Shown in pieces: positions 13,177-25,731 of a DNA stretch of 64,000 bases. Each line of letters begins with the position of its first letter. Positions within the stretch are counted from its first letter, which is position 1. Position numbers and translations under genes: made by a program. The notes beneath the pieces are model-generated. The model did no database searches. It was not told the origin of the DNA and saw nothing but the letters and a program-made list of their open reading frames with translations. The stretch is from Octopus sinensis (taxonomy: Eukaryota), in assembly GCF_006345805.1 (NCBI RefSeq), contig NC_043012.1:10168001-10232000 (forward strand), given 5' to 3'.

Positions 13177-13222
<46 letters not shown>

Positions 13223-13299
13223 CTAATTAAGTGGAACAGAATTGGTTAAAATTGTTTCATTAATGAAACAAGTCCAGTTTCTATGAGGTGTTAATTATT

Positions 13300-14290
13300 T
13301 GATGCAAATATAATTAATGTTTCCAAGAATTTCACGCTAAATTCACAATAATGCAAGAGTTAATGTTACAAAAGTTACGTAGAAATATGTAGAAATACAA
13401 AAGTGTATGATATCCAATAAAATGGCCATTAGCTTCAAACACCGCGTCCAGACGACTTTGGAATCTCCTGCGTTCTTCTCGACAGTCTTCTTGTTTACGT
13501 TAGTGAAAGCTACCATTATCCTTGCCTTCAGTTCATCTTTGTTGTTAAAAGGAGTTTTGTTATTCTTTCCCTCAACCGCGCCCCGCACATAATAATCAAT
13601 GGGGTTACAGTCTGGGGAGTTACATGGCCAGATGTTAGGGGTGATGTGGTCGAAGAAATTGCCTGACAGCCATGACTGGGTTCTCCTGATTTTGTGGCAT
13701 GATGCAGAGTCCTGTCGGATCATGTTTCAAGACGAGGTAAGCCAACGGTTGTTCTTGTGTTCACCATCTGATCCTTGCAGAAATTGTTCTCGTCTGAGAA
13801 AAATCAAAGCATGTTCGGTTGGAAGGGATGCTTGAATTTGTTCAAAAGCTTTGTGACGCGGTCTTTCCCCTTGTCTCTGATGGTTTGGGATAATATTTAT
13901 CCGTTTCTTAATTTGTATGAGAAATACCGAATATTTTCATGCACTACGCCCCTGATAAGAAGCTGAGACAATCCTATGTCCCTGGCAATGGATCTGATAG
14001 ACTTGGAGGTATCGTTGTCAATCATGGCTTGGATCTCACCAACAAATTCAAGAATTGTTTTCTTATGAAAACGATTAGAATGAGTTTTCCGAGCTGCCAT
14101 ACATTCATAATGAACATTAGACTCATCCACCTCTTTCCGAAGCGTCTGCACTGTCCTCAGATTGACACCTAAACACTCTGATATGTTCGTAATGGAGATT
14201 CTGGGACGAATGCCAAGCAGTAGAGAATGTCGTTTCCAAATTTCTGGCAGAGTGAAGTGCGTCATGGTGCTGTTTTTTCACCTGCCTCTA
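13300..14290 (-). mobile_element. Tc1/mariner DD37D (maT/Bmmar1-like) transposase pseudogene
   Basis: QDSASCH...WPCNSPDCNPID with 37 residues between the two Asp; N-terminal HTH region in ORF 13897-14265; frameshifted. Confidence 0.9.
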
Positions 14291-14334
14291 CTATACTGTG
14301 TAGTCAATGAAATCAAGGACATACGATAGCGACA

Positions 14335-14495
14335 ATTGTGCATAGTGCACCCTCTCATTTCTCATCCTGTTCTTCCGTGTCACACCAACCATAGCCCTCA
14401 AACATCTCATCTCAAACACATCTGGTCGCCTCCTTTTCACCTCTCTCAGGCCCCATATCTCTGCACCGTATAGAATACATATCAATCACAAAAAA
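14335..14495 (-). mobile_element. RTE-clade LINE fragment
   Basis: LYGAEIWGL..DVFEMRCLRAMVGVTRKNRMRNE. Confidence 0.85.
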
Positions 14496-14732
14496 GGTGA
14501 CGTCGTAATCAATTAAAGTTTCATGTGTGTATGTGTGTGTGTGTCTTCAGCCTGCAAGGGGCCGTGAAATACGTGGCGGAATATAGCCCTATGTGACTTT
14601 ACGTCGCGTAGCTGGTCAAATCTTGTAAACTTGTGCCTAATTTGGAAGGACAAATCCGTATTTACTTAAGTAAGTACATGAGTGTCCGTACACAGTGTTA
14701 GTTCGCAGATTCTGTTTCCCAAATTACACATC

Positions 14733-14892
14733 TTTTTGTGGCTCATATGTATGTTATATGGTGCAGAGAGGTGGGGGCCGAGAGAGGTGAAAATGGGGCG
14801 ACTAGATGTGTTTGAGATGAGATGTTTGGGGGTTATGGTTGGTGTGACACGGAAGGACAGGATGAGGAATGAATAGGTGCGCAATACACAAT
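14733..14892 (+). mobile_element. RTE-clade LINE fragment (inverted partner of 14335-14495)
   Basis: LYGAERWGP..LDVFEMRCLGVMVGVTRKDRMRNE. Confidence 0.85.
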
Positions 14893-15114
14893 CCCACAAA
14901 ATAAAAGGACAACACACAACAGAGAAAGGAGAAGATTAAGAAATATGATATTAGTTTAAGGGGGGAAAGTCGTAGCATTGGTATGTTAGTTCTTCGTTTC
15001 ATGAAAAGCATAGGAGAAAGATAAAAAAGGGTCAAGAGTCATACAAGGGCCTCACATTGCATCACCAATATCTCTTTTCTTTTTGCTTGTATACGAGAAA
15101 GCAGCTACTGTATA

Positions 15115-15159
<45 letters not shown>

Positions 15160-15167
15160 TACATACA

Positions 15168-15635
15168 TACTCTTTTACTTGTTTCAGTCATTTGACTGCG
15201 GCCATGCTGGAGCACCGCCTTTAGTCGAGCAAATCGACCCCGGGACTTATTCTTTGTAAGCCCAGTAATTATTTTATCAGTCTCTTTTGCCGCGCCGCTA
15301 AGTGACGGGGACGTAAACATACCAGCATCGGTTGTCAAGCAATGCTAGGGGGACAAACACAGACACACAAACATATACATACATATATATATATATATAT
15401 GTATATACATATATACGACAGGCTTCTTTCAGTTTCCGTCTACCAAATCCACTCACAAGGCATTGGTCGGCCCGAGGCTATAGCAGAAGACACTTGCCCA
15501 AGATGCCACGCAGTGGGACTGAATCCAGAACCATGTGGTTGGTAGGCAAGCTACTTACCACACAGCCACTCCTGCGCCTATATCCACACAGCCACTCCTC
15601 CACCTATATCCACACAGCCACTCCTGCACCTATAT
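15168..15635 (-). mobile_element. SINE A, full length, with triplicated 26-bp 5' end
   Basis: Reverse complement of 9362-9776; ccacacagccactcctgcgcctatat x3 at 15558-15635. Confidence 0.92.
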
Positions 15636-15711
15636 ATCTTTTGCATACATGTATGTTATGCATTTATGTATGTATCTATGTACCAATGTACATACATATA
15701 GCGCAAGCGTT

Positions 15712-15878
15712 GCTGTGTGCTGAGTAGCTTGCTGGCTAATCACATAGTACCGCATTCATTCCCATTGCGCATTCAGCAAGTCTACTCAAGACTAGGGTAG
15801 CTCAAGGCCTTGTGAGTTGATTTGATACATGAAATCTGAAGGAATCCCAAATTATGCATAAACATATATACATTCATA

Positions 15879-15949
<71 letters not shown>

Positions 15950-16152
15950 TTTGTGTTTGCGTTTGTCCCCCTCCATCGCTTGACAACCCATGTCGGTGAG
16001 TCTACGTCCCCGTAATATAGCGGTTTGGCAAACCAGACCGATATAATAAGTACCAGGTGTACAAAGAATAAGTCCTGGGGTCGCTTTCTTCAAATAAAGC
16101 AGGTGCTCCGGCATAGCTGCACTCAATTAACTGAAACATGTAAAAGAATAAA
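15712..16152 (+). mobile_element. SINE A, old diverged copy
   Basis: Degenerate head, microsatellite and 3' half. Confidence 0.7.
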
Positions 16153-16165
16153 AGAATACATGTAT

Positions 16166-16211
<46 letters not shown>

Positions 16212-16246
16212 ATATATATAATATACATACATACATTATATATATA

Positions 16247-16289
<43 letters not shown>

Positions 16290-16311
16290 GAGAGAGAGAG
16301 AGAGAAGAGAG

Positions 16312-16345
<34 letters not shown>

Positions 16346-16351
16346 ATAGAG

Positions 16352-16404
<53 letters not shown>

Positions 16405-16523
16405 GATAGATAGATATTTCTCTCTGTTTCTGGTTTTCTTTATGTACCAAATTTTCCAGAAGCAGCGTTCTCTTTTAGCTAACAAGCAAAGAGAAATATT
16501 TTGCAGCGTAGTTAATTTTGATG

Positions 16524-16572
<49 letters not shown>

Positions 16573-17074
16573 CACGTATATTATCAAGCTTGTATGCAGT
16601 CACTTGCAATGGTTGAAATTGAAGCTTAATGACCACGGGAACAAACAGGATACACACGTTGGAAATAAAAGATTGATTTGATGAGTAAGATAAATACCTG
16701 TTAGTAACCTTGCCACCGGTCTTTCTCGTACGTTTGCTAATCCTGTGCTAACCTGCAGCGTCTTTATTTTATGTAGTGATGATCTTAACGGTCGATAAAC
16801 TCGCGAAGTTATCCAATCTACACCAAATTATATAACATTCTATAGCTGTAAAATTTTCCATTGGAGAATCAAATCCCTGCTAGGAAGACAACTAATATTC
16901 CTGATTGGTTGGCTTCGAGTACAGGTCTGTCCAGTTGTCGCAACACAACTACACGAAATGGAGCAAGAAAAAAAAAAAAATATTAAAAAACCCTATAAAC
17001 CCATCATGGTTCAATGTGTCCAGGAAGTAAGCATTCTGAACTGCTGTTCGACATTTATTCGTCTAAGTTAAATA

Positions 17075-17270
17075 TATATAAAAGTAAATAAATGGTACAG
17101 CGAAGCACACGATATCTACTAGAAAATACTGGAAAATAGCGAACGTAATAAATATGACGCTAATGTATTGCTTCTTATACATTAGCGTCGTATTTATTAC
17201 GTTCGCTATTTCCAGTATTTTCTAGTAGATATCGGTGCTTCGCTGTACCATTTATTTACTTTTATGTATA
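17075..17270. repeat. Near-perfect fold-back, arms of about 93 bp, 10-nt loop
   Basis: gacgctaatgta-ttgcttctta-tacattagcgtc; a few mismatches or indels. Confidence 0.92.
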
Positions 17271-17339
17271 ATTTTACCCTCACGGGCTATCCTTACTGGA
17301 AAGCAATACCTCTCGTATTGCATTACTATTTTCATATAT

Positions 17340-17520
17340 ATATATAATTTGAAACTGACTTATTGGAAGTCCACCTGAAGATTGTCGATCAAGACAAGAA
17401 ACAATTGTAGTGGCGGTTTTTTTGACTATTATTAAAATTTTATGTATTGATTAAGTCTTTCCTTGTTTGTTTTGCAAAATAGTGGTTTTGTCTCTATAAT
17501 ATATTATTATATATATATAT
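17340..17520 (+). mobile_element. Penelope-like pLTR fragment (family 2)
   Basis: Near-identical to 32686-32835; ends in (TA)n. Confidence 0.75.
17371..17413 (+). ncRNA. Minimal type-I hammerhead ribozyme motif, consensus-perfect
   Basis: ccac-CTGAAGA-ttgtc-gatcaa-gacaa-GAAA-caattg-TA-gtgg; palindromic stem III; predicted GUA cleavage site. Confidence 0.88.
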
Positions 17521-17611
17521 ATATTTTAAAAAATTTCAAACATGGAATTAATTATTTGCATGCTAAAAAGTCTATTTATAATTTATTTATTCATTTTATA
17601 GTAAATATAAT

Positions 17612-18480
17612 ATGATCGAATTTTTTATTGCCTTCTCAGTGTTTACCGTTTTACAAAATCAAACTAGAAAACTGGACAAAACAGAGAACACAAATGAAAA
17701 CAAAAATTAAAAAGAAAAGAGAAACGAGAGAGAGGCGGTGGGGGGAGAAAAAAGGAAAAAAGAAAGAAAACAAAACAATTCAACACCTCGGATTGAAAAG
17801 TTGGGAGCACTGGGAAACTTTTCTAATGGCTAATGAGACACGCCGACACGCTTGCAGTGTGGCCGCGGGTGATGACGAGGCTGGTGCGCTGGAAAAGGTC
17901 AAGCCCCTTCACGACCCTCATCAATTACCTCGGCAAAGCAAGTTGCCAGTGAAGACATGAATTTCGCAATAAGTAGTCCGACTCCACCAAACGTCTCGAA
18001 CGCCAGAGGATGGAAGATGTAGCAGGCTGACAGATCGCGGTATTTCAGGATTTATAAAGGCGGGGAGCTGGCAGAAACGTTAGCACGCCGGACGAAATGC
18101 CTAGCAGTATTTCGTCTGCGTTACGTTGTGAGTTCAAATTCCGCCGAGGTCGACTTTGCCTTTCATCTTTTCGGGGTCGATAAATTAAGTACCAGTTACG
18201 CACTGGGGTCGATGTAATCGACTTAATCCGTATGTCTGTCCTTGTTTGTCCCCTCTGTGTTTAGCCCCTTGTGGGTAATAAAGAAATAGGTATTTCAGGA
18301 TTTTGTTCCTCTCGGCTGCAGAGGCTGTGGTCCTCGCCCTCCTCTTGAGTATCAGGTTCAACTCCGTACGACGCGCGAAGCGACCAGCATTCGGGCGGCA
18401 AGAAATGACATGCAGGATTGTGGAGTCGAGGAGCCTGCTACAACGACAGATCAAACCCATGCCTACGTCAGCTCCCACAT
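17612..18480 (-). mobile_element. CRE-type (restriction-like endonuclease) non-LTR retrotransposon 3' relic
   Basis: After excising SINE B: SAAERNKILKYRDLSACYIFHPLAFETFGGVG...FQRTSLVITRGHTASV; T-rich 3' UTR with aataaa. Confidence 0.75.
18054..18290 (+). mobile_element. SINE B, full length, with 13-bp or longer TSD
   Basis: tatttcaggattt at 18041-18053 and 18291-18303; B box gagttcaaattcc. Confidence 0.93.
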
Positions 18481-18559
18481 CATATTAATTGCTAGATCAG
18501 TAATTCCCATGTGACCTCCATATGTTTCCTCATCACAAAATACAATAAACACATATGTC

Positions 18560-18830
18560 ATACGCTCGTCTGTTTACATGGTGAGAAAAGTGTTTCAACA
18601 GCAAACACCACTATGGAATTCAGATGGTATAGAAGGCGAGTCTCTATGGGATGACATGAATGATGAAGAAGCGGATGATGTGCTACCTTTAATTATGGAC
18701 AGCGGAGATGAAGATGAAGAGAATCCATACGATGATATCATCCATCCTGGTCATTTTGAAGCTTTATTCAATGGTGAAGATGATGAATAGCTTGATTTTT
18801 TGGAGGATTTTAATGAACTTTTTTGCGTAA
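18560..18830 (+). mobile_element. Possible pogo/Tigger transposase acidic C-terminal remnant
   Basis: DGIEGESLWDD followed by an acidic tail resembles the DGxEDDxLW motif; motif only. Confidence 0.35.
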
Positions 18831-20117
18831 AATTTTTAAGATGTATCACATATCGTAATTATAATTTAAAGCGGTGTTTCCGTAATTGTCTACTCCACTT
18901 TTTTGTTTGCATAAACAAAAAAATATGATAATTTATTGGTTTTTACTGACATTATTAATTATTTTGGTATTTGTTTTATACTTTCAGCCAAAAACTTCAC
19001 TGGATTTATAAAAAAATAATAACGCAACAAAAGAATTGGTACACTAGTCTCTAATCTAGCCACGAAGATGAAAACGTTTTCAGAGGAGACTGTTAGCGGT
19101 GGAATGTCGTATTGTGCTTCCACTTCTTTTATCAGTTTTTGGTATTTAATATATTAAGTAGCGTTTAATTAATTAGAAATAAAAATGCCCCACTTGTATG
19201 ATTTGCCATAATACACTTGTGACGAGTGTGATTTTAAACATGAATATGAAAATAGTGTAATGTTATTGAAGAGTTATAAAGTGAAACACGCCGAGCAGGT
19301 ATCTGCTGTATGCACCGTATTACGGTAGGTAGTGGCATTCCGCTACCGAGTATAAATATGTTACCGGTCTTAACATCGCACAATTATGAGATATAAAATT
19401 ATTTCACTCAGCTAGTCTGTTAAGTTTGCTGGATACAAATAAAAGAGAAAGTGTAAATATTTATAAGTGCTACGAGGTCTTCTTTTATGGTTTTTGATAT
19501 TTACTAGGACGAGTGTTTTGTTGCATAGAATTGGTGATATTACTGTAACTCATCGTATTTTTGTTTTTATTCGCTTAGAGAACGGTTCGGCTTCTGCTGT
19601 TGCTATGGCACTTCGGATTCTAGTTTGGTTTTCAGCCCCTCAAAAGAAGTATCCATGTAAAAGTCGATCCCATAAGTTTGACCTTAAAAATGGTCTAAAA
19701 AGTTCAACGTTTCCAAGAGAATATACGGTGTGTATATTATTATTGAAAACAATTCGATTCGGCTCCCTGCGATCAATAGTTTCACAGGCCGCTTTACATA
19801 AGAAACCTAACACTCGTTCATGGTAAGTTAAGCGACGCCTGAACGAGCTGAGTCACGGTAAAGAAACCAACAAAAGTTTCAGTCACATGAAGCTAAATCC
19901 CATTGTTTTTAATAAAATATATATATATAATCCTACTACATGTGTGGAGTCTCATTTTTTTCTTTCGTTTGGCCAATCAATCGTGTACGCACACGCAAAC
20001 AGAAACACACATACACACACACGCACACACACACACACATATATATATATTTATACGTATCTATGTATCTATATATCTATATATCTATATATATAAATAT
20101 ATAAATATATAAATATA

Positions 20118-20500
20118 AAGGGGGAATTCACGAAGAAAACAAAAGACGGAGACAGGTGGTGTAGAACACAAACAGATGTATTAGTATAACGCTCGGGAAT
20201 TGAAAAAGTCTTTAACGTTTCGAGCCTACGCTCTTCCACAGAAAGGAAAACAGAAAGAAAGAAGGAGAGAAACAAGGCGAGAAAAAATGTGTGTAGTGGC
20301 TAGCGATCTATCATGACGAATGCCGGACAGCAGGGTCACACAGGAGAGCTAAGAAATAGGGGAGATAACAAAGTAGTAGTGATCTCAAAACGAAGGTGCG
20401 TGTGTGTGTAAGAGAGTAAGTATGTGCGTGTGAAAGCGGGCTGGTGATCTTGACGTGTGCGTGCGTGTATGTGTAGGTGAAAAAATGTTGGGACGGAAAT
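20118..20500 (-). mobile_element. Penelope-like pLTR fragment (family 3)
   Basis: Homologous to 51152-51400; abuts (TA)n; carries a hammerhead-like motif. Confidence 0.6.
20210..20245 (-). ncRNA. Ultra-minimal hammerhead-like motif, variant core
   Basis: cttt-CTGTGGA-a-gagc-gtag-gctc-GAAA-cg-TT-aaag. Confidence 0.5.
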
Positions 20501-20745
20501 TGGTTCAGTGCTGGTGTGTGCGTGGTGGTGTGTTGTGATGTGTTGTGTTGTGCGTTATAGTGTAGTGTGGTGTGATGGTGTTAGGAGGTGGGGAGGCGAT
20601 AGTGGGGAAAGCACGGTTGGGGTGTGGGTTAGGCTGAGGTTTGGGGTAGATTTGGGGTATGTGGGTAGGCAGAGAGTGGGAGTAGAGGTGGGGTATGTGG
20701 GTAGGCAGAGGGTGGAGGTAGAGGTGGGGTATGTGGGAGAGTGTA
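20500..20745. repeat. G/T-rich low-complexity tract with short imperfect tandem repeats (ggggtatgtgggtaggcagag..)
   Basis: Direct reading. Confidence 0.8.
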
Positions 20746-21532
20746 AGGTATATACACACACAGAATTATGTTTATATGCATATGCATGAATATACATATA
20801 CATATGCACACATACACACATAAATTATTTTATATGTGCCAAAGTTTGTGTGACAGTACGTCTTGAGTGTGTGTGTGTGCGTGTGAGCGTATCTGCGCGC
20901 GCGTGCGTGTGACTGTGTGAGCGCGCATGTGCTTCATATCTTAAATTGTGAAAGCTATTTATGAATTTCGCCTTGCAGACTCCAACAAATGTGAGCTGAA
21001 GTAAATATATCGTGTTTTTACATTGTTCAGAATGGTATATGCTAATTGATAGTCTACAAAAATTGGTGCCACGGGCAGTTGACAAGAAGAGTGGAGAGAT
21101 AAGTCTAATTGTCTGTGAGGCAGTAAGGCGAGATGATAGAGATGGAAATGTGTAAACGTATGTATTCGCAGAAATAAAGTTTGCGTATTTCAATATATTA
21201 TGTTCTCGTGTGTTTGTGTTTGCATATATGTCGATGTTGGTTTATACACATGTGTTTATGTTTGTAAATGTGTATGCGTGTGACTAAACATTTTAAAGAG
21301 AATTGGCAATCGATTGGTAACTAAACCATAACTAGATGTGGTGGTGCGAATTCTTCAGCGGTGGGAGAGATTTGGGAAAGTTGGGTGAAGAAAAATTAAA
21401 GAAGAAAGATAAAATCCAAAGCGAAAAACGATAAATGGAAACGGATTTCGACTTTTACATACAAATATAAAAGGAAGTAAATATGTATGTATATATATAT
21501 ACGTATGTACGTGACAATTATTCGGTAGCCAT

Positions 21533-21593
21533 GATAAAACTCCGAGTTTCGGATGTCAGGGCGGAAACCCACACCGCTATCTCTTCAGTCATC
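21533..21593 (-). ncRNA. Type-I hammerhead motif (family 1), canonical core, in a pLTR-like fragment at about 21500-21660
   Basis: gatga-CTGAAGA-gat..atcc-GAAA-ctcggag-TT-ttatc. Confidence 0.7.
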
Positions 21594-22139
21594 GGGCCAT
21601 CGAAAATATGCTATGAAAATGAACGTTAAACAAAGAGAAATTACTGTGATTGACCATTATTAAGACAAAAGCGTTACTGTGAGAGGAGGGATTGAAGTTG
21701 AGGGAGTAAATGTGTTCATATTATTCACGTAAGCGCGCATGACCATACATACACACGCGCGCTCCACCACGCGCGCACAAAAAGCTTCGTACTCATATAT
21801 ATAAATTAAATAATACGAGTAGAAACTGATATTAATTAATTATAATCAGTGTCTTAGCAAATTAAAAAAATCCAAAGACTAAAAATTATATTACATAGAA
21901 AATTAAGAGGAATGACCACCAAGGTGGTCACACAACGCTGATGAGCTTTTGTTCGTATTTTTTCAATTGTCTTGTTCAGTTTTACATTCTGGCGTTTGGT
22001 CAAATTTTTCTTGAGAACACACTCTTCGTGGTAAGGCGATTTGACGTCTATATTTAGCATATTAGGTGTCTACCTTGGTGATCATTCTTCTTAATTTTGT
22101 ATATATATATATATAGGGTGTCGTACAGGGCAGTTATAA

Positions 22140-22935
22140 CACACAAAACTCAATGATACGCTGGACCAGCATGGATTGCGATCCCTGGACGAAAATCAGT
22201 GCGTGACATGGGCATCAACATGAGTAATGATGTCCCTTCCAGGTGCATATTACTAAGTTGGTAATAAAATGTAGACAGTTGACCGGATGGATCCTTCAGA
22301 ACGAGAGAGCAGGAAACCGTGAAGGTCCTCCTGCAGACTTTCTTCCTTAGCTGTCTGTATCACTGCCCCAATCTTAGTCACCAAACAGTGTAAAATATAT
22401 GACGGGGCTCGAGGCGATCCAACGATACTACACAAAGGTAATCTCATTGCCACATGTCACTTACTGGGAGAGATTCTATTAGTTAGAACGAAGGCGGGAG
22501 AAGATAATCAGTAATATACATCTGGAAAATATTAGAAAAACTTGTTCCAAACTGTGACACTGTCAATTACGAAAACAGCCAGTTGGAGACAGGTCTCCAC
22601 TGAATACTTCCAAAAATCCCAAAATTGCCAGCAAGGTACAGGACCAGATACTGCAACAACTTCTGATTCAAGGGTTTGCTGTTCTTTAATGTCCTCCCTT
22701 AGAGCCTGAAAGACATGCACGGCGTGGATGTAGGCGTTTTCAAAACAGAACTGGATCTCCTTCTGTAAAGAGTTCCGGATGAACCTACCTCAAGTCGCGG
22801 AACACAGATGAAGGGGCAGCAACCTCAAACTCACTCATCCACCAAATGCTACATGTCAGAGGAGGTTTAGTGAAAGTGTAGCAAGTTAAACGCCATTTCC
22901 ACAGCGTGGCCACAGCCTCGTTCTACAGCTAAAGG
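22140..22935 (+). mobile_element. CR1-type LINE 3' relic
   Basis: KCRQLTGWIL, LEAIQRYYTK, TYWER, LERRRE motifs; tail cagcgtggccacagc. Confidence 0.8.
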
Positions 22936-22992
22936 GAGAGGTGGAACAAATAAAGTATTATTGGACGCTCAGGAAAGAAGGGAAGAAGGAGG

Positions 22993-23027
22993 GTTTAACG
23001 TTTCGAGCGGAGCTCTTCTTCGGAAAC
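22993..23027 (-). ncRNA. Ultra-minimal hammerhead-like motif (family 4), in a fragment at about 22935-23097
   Basis: gttt-CCGAAGA-a-gagc-tcc-gctc-GAAA-cg-TT-aaac. Confidence 0.6.
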
Positions 23028-23310
23028 ATAGGAGAAGGAAAGATCCCGAGAAGGGAAGACAGAGGAAAAACATCGCCAGTGATACTCGCGAGGTCACATA
23101 TATATATATATATATGTATATATATATGCAAAGATTACGTATATATATATATACGCAAAGATTACGTTCTGTTTACGCAGCTTGTTCTAGAAAACTTACA
23201 AAGTCTACGTGAAGGCATGTGTATGTGCATCTGTGTATATCTATGTGTGTATATGTACGCGCGCGTGTGTGTGTGTGTATGTGTGTGTGCAAGTGTGCGT
23301 GTGTCTTTGT

Positions 23311-23349
<39 letters not shown>

Positions 23350-23989
23350 GTTTATGTAATTATGTCGTAATATTTTCATTTGCAGTCAATACAGCAAAAT
23401 ATTTGCGAACCATTCATACATTTATTACGTATCAAAACTGGCATGACCTCCAGGTAAAACTGCTGATGGGTGGTATGTTTATCTGCTCTTTCGAATTGGT
23501 TTCATTACATGGGTCTCCTACATTTTAGATATTGTTTGAATATTTTGTCCATTATTAGCTTTAGTGTTACACTGCCACTTACTGCTGTTGTCTTTTGACT
23601 GAGAAAAACTCTCTCTCTCTTTCTCTCTCTCTCTTTCCGTCTACATTTTCCTTTACCTTCTTTTTTCCCCATTATCTAGCCTGCTGTCTTGCCGCTCAGT
23701 TATCATTGTTACAATACATTTCACACTGCGCGTTAGACTATGAATGGAATTAATTGTGTTCATGAGTCGACATTTGACTGACAATTGTGAATAGTTTTAC
23801 ACGAATAAACTCTTATCACACCAACGCTCATTTATATTTTGAGTTAGTTTCTTGGAGTTTTAAATTCACTGGTCAGATGTGATGGAAAGTTCGTGATACA
23901 TACATACAAACATACATACATACATACATACGTACGTACATATATACATACATAAGAAAATATCCGAGAGAAGGACAATAAACAAAACA

Positions 23990-25470
23990 TTTAACCGCAA
24001 CCAGCCAGCGGTATACAGAGACATGAGAGGAGGAGTAGCAAACATCATGGAAGCTCCTTCACGAGAAGACAGACTCCTTCTGGGGGGAAATCTGGAGTGA
24101 AGAGAAGAAATTAAATCAACGTCCTCTGTGGCTGGAAGAAATCCGAAAAAAGTTATTGCCCCTGCGTTACATCCAATCCAAGACATAAAATATTGATGGT
24201 GAAACACTTGCAACTGTGATCCAGAAACTCCAGCATGAAAAAGTACTTGGAAAAGACTTGATTGTTGGATATTGATACAAAAGGCTAACACTCTATCTAC
24301 CATAACTTATGAATCTGTACCAGCTAGCTCTCATTGAGAAGAGTAGCAAACTACACTGGCTAGCTCTGGCAGAACCACCCACATGGCAAAAAAAAAAACT
24401 ACCGGTCAAATTCAGCACCACCGACATGGCAGAATGCATGGGGATCGAAGAATAAGCGTAAACCAATGTCACCGGTGGTTTCAGAAATTCCGAGCTGGAG
24501 ATAAATGAAAGAACAGCTGAGGAAAGAAACTTTCCGCAGTCTAAGACTAGATTAAACAAAATCCCACAGTAAAATCATGGGCTATAGTATCACTTTGTTA
24601 TGGAGCTGGAATCATAAACTGACGAAAGAAAGAACTAATGAGTATGGATACAAAGAAAGAAACTATAGGCAGTGGACGGAACATTCTATCCCAAGAGTGA
24701 CAATATGTTGTAGTTGTCCAGTAGGAAGGGCGGGAGAGCTTTGATCATTTGCTAGGTTTCTGATGAAGCAGAGGAAAACATCTTAGGGTGAAATGTAAAC
24801 AATGTTCTGGGGTCATTGTTGATGCATGTGCAGAGGTCAGGTATCATCAAAATTGATAATTGTATAAAGAAAGAAGAGATGAAAGAGGAAAAGAATTATA
24901 AAAAAAAGAGAAGCAGCATAGAAAGAAAAAAAATGTACCGTCAGTTTGCAAGAAATAGGAACGCCAATACAGATTCAGAAATCCGCAGGTCATGGAGTCA
25001 GAGGAGTGACTTGACGTTAGCGATAGAAGCACTTATGTGTCGCACATGATCAAATGTTGTGGACGAACTATGTGAAGAACAAACACAACTGAGAGCGACA
25101 AATGCAGAGAGTGTGTTGTGCGAGGATTGAAACGATATGTCATTGTTCGCGGATGCCCGAAATTGGCACAAACGAAATCACGAAAGATGACAGGACAATG
25201 TAGCAAAAATTATCCTTTAGGAGCTCTGTGGAAAATATGGCATACAAAAAGCAAAGACGTGGTATGATCAGATCCCATAAGGAGATACCGAGAACGAATT
25301 CTGCAAAATCCTTCGGAATGCAATTATTTAGGGTAACCATCAGATTATACATCGGGAACCTAACATTATTGTGGTGAACAAAAGCAGATGCACTTAGTGT
25401 TACCACTAAAGTTACATGCCACAAGAATAACCTAAATCATATACTGTATTCAAAGCATGGATTGAGTTTG
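23990..25470 (+). mobile_element. R4/Dong-clade retrotransposon relic (RT thumb to RLE), internally deleted
   Basis: SFWG.IWSE; CYGAGIIN; YPKSD..RKGGRAL; DKCREC..GCPKLAQ; DNVAKII..LCGKYG..WY. Confidence 0.8.
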
Positions 25471-25507
25471 CCTTCTCTAGACGGTTACTTAAGTTATAAG
25501 TCCTATG

Positions 25508-25593
<86 letters not shown>

Positions 25594-25649
25594 GTATGTA
25601 TATAAATGAAAGAATGGAGTCGAACGACGATTTTAACAAAATTCCTTTA

Positions 25650-25731
25650 CTCTCGACATATGTTTCGAAGACTGCATATTCTTAATTCCGAAGGAATAAA
25701 GGGTGCATTATCCGCCTCCTCATCTGGAAAG
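25650..25731 (-). ncRNA. Degenerate type-I hammerhead-like motif in a short insert between (TA)n runs
   Basis: ctttc-CAGATGA-ggagg..tcttc-GAAA-catatg-TC-gagag; palindromic stem III; U4A change. Confidence 0.55.
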
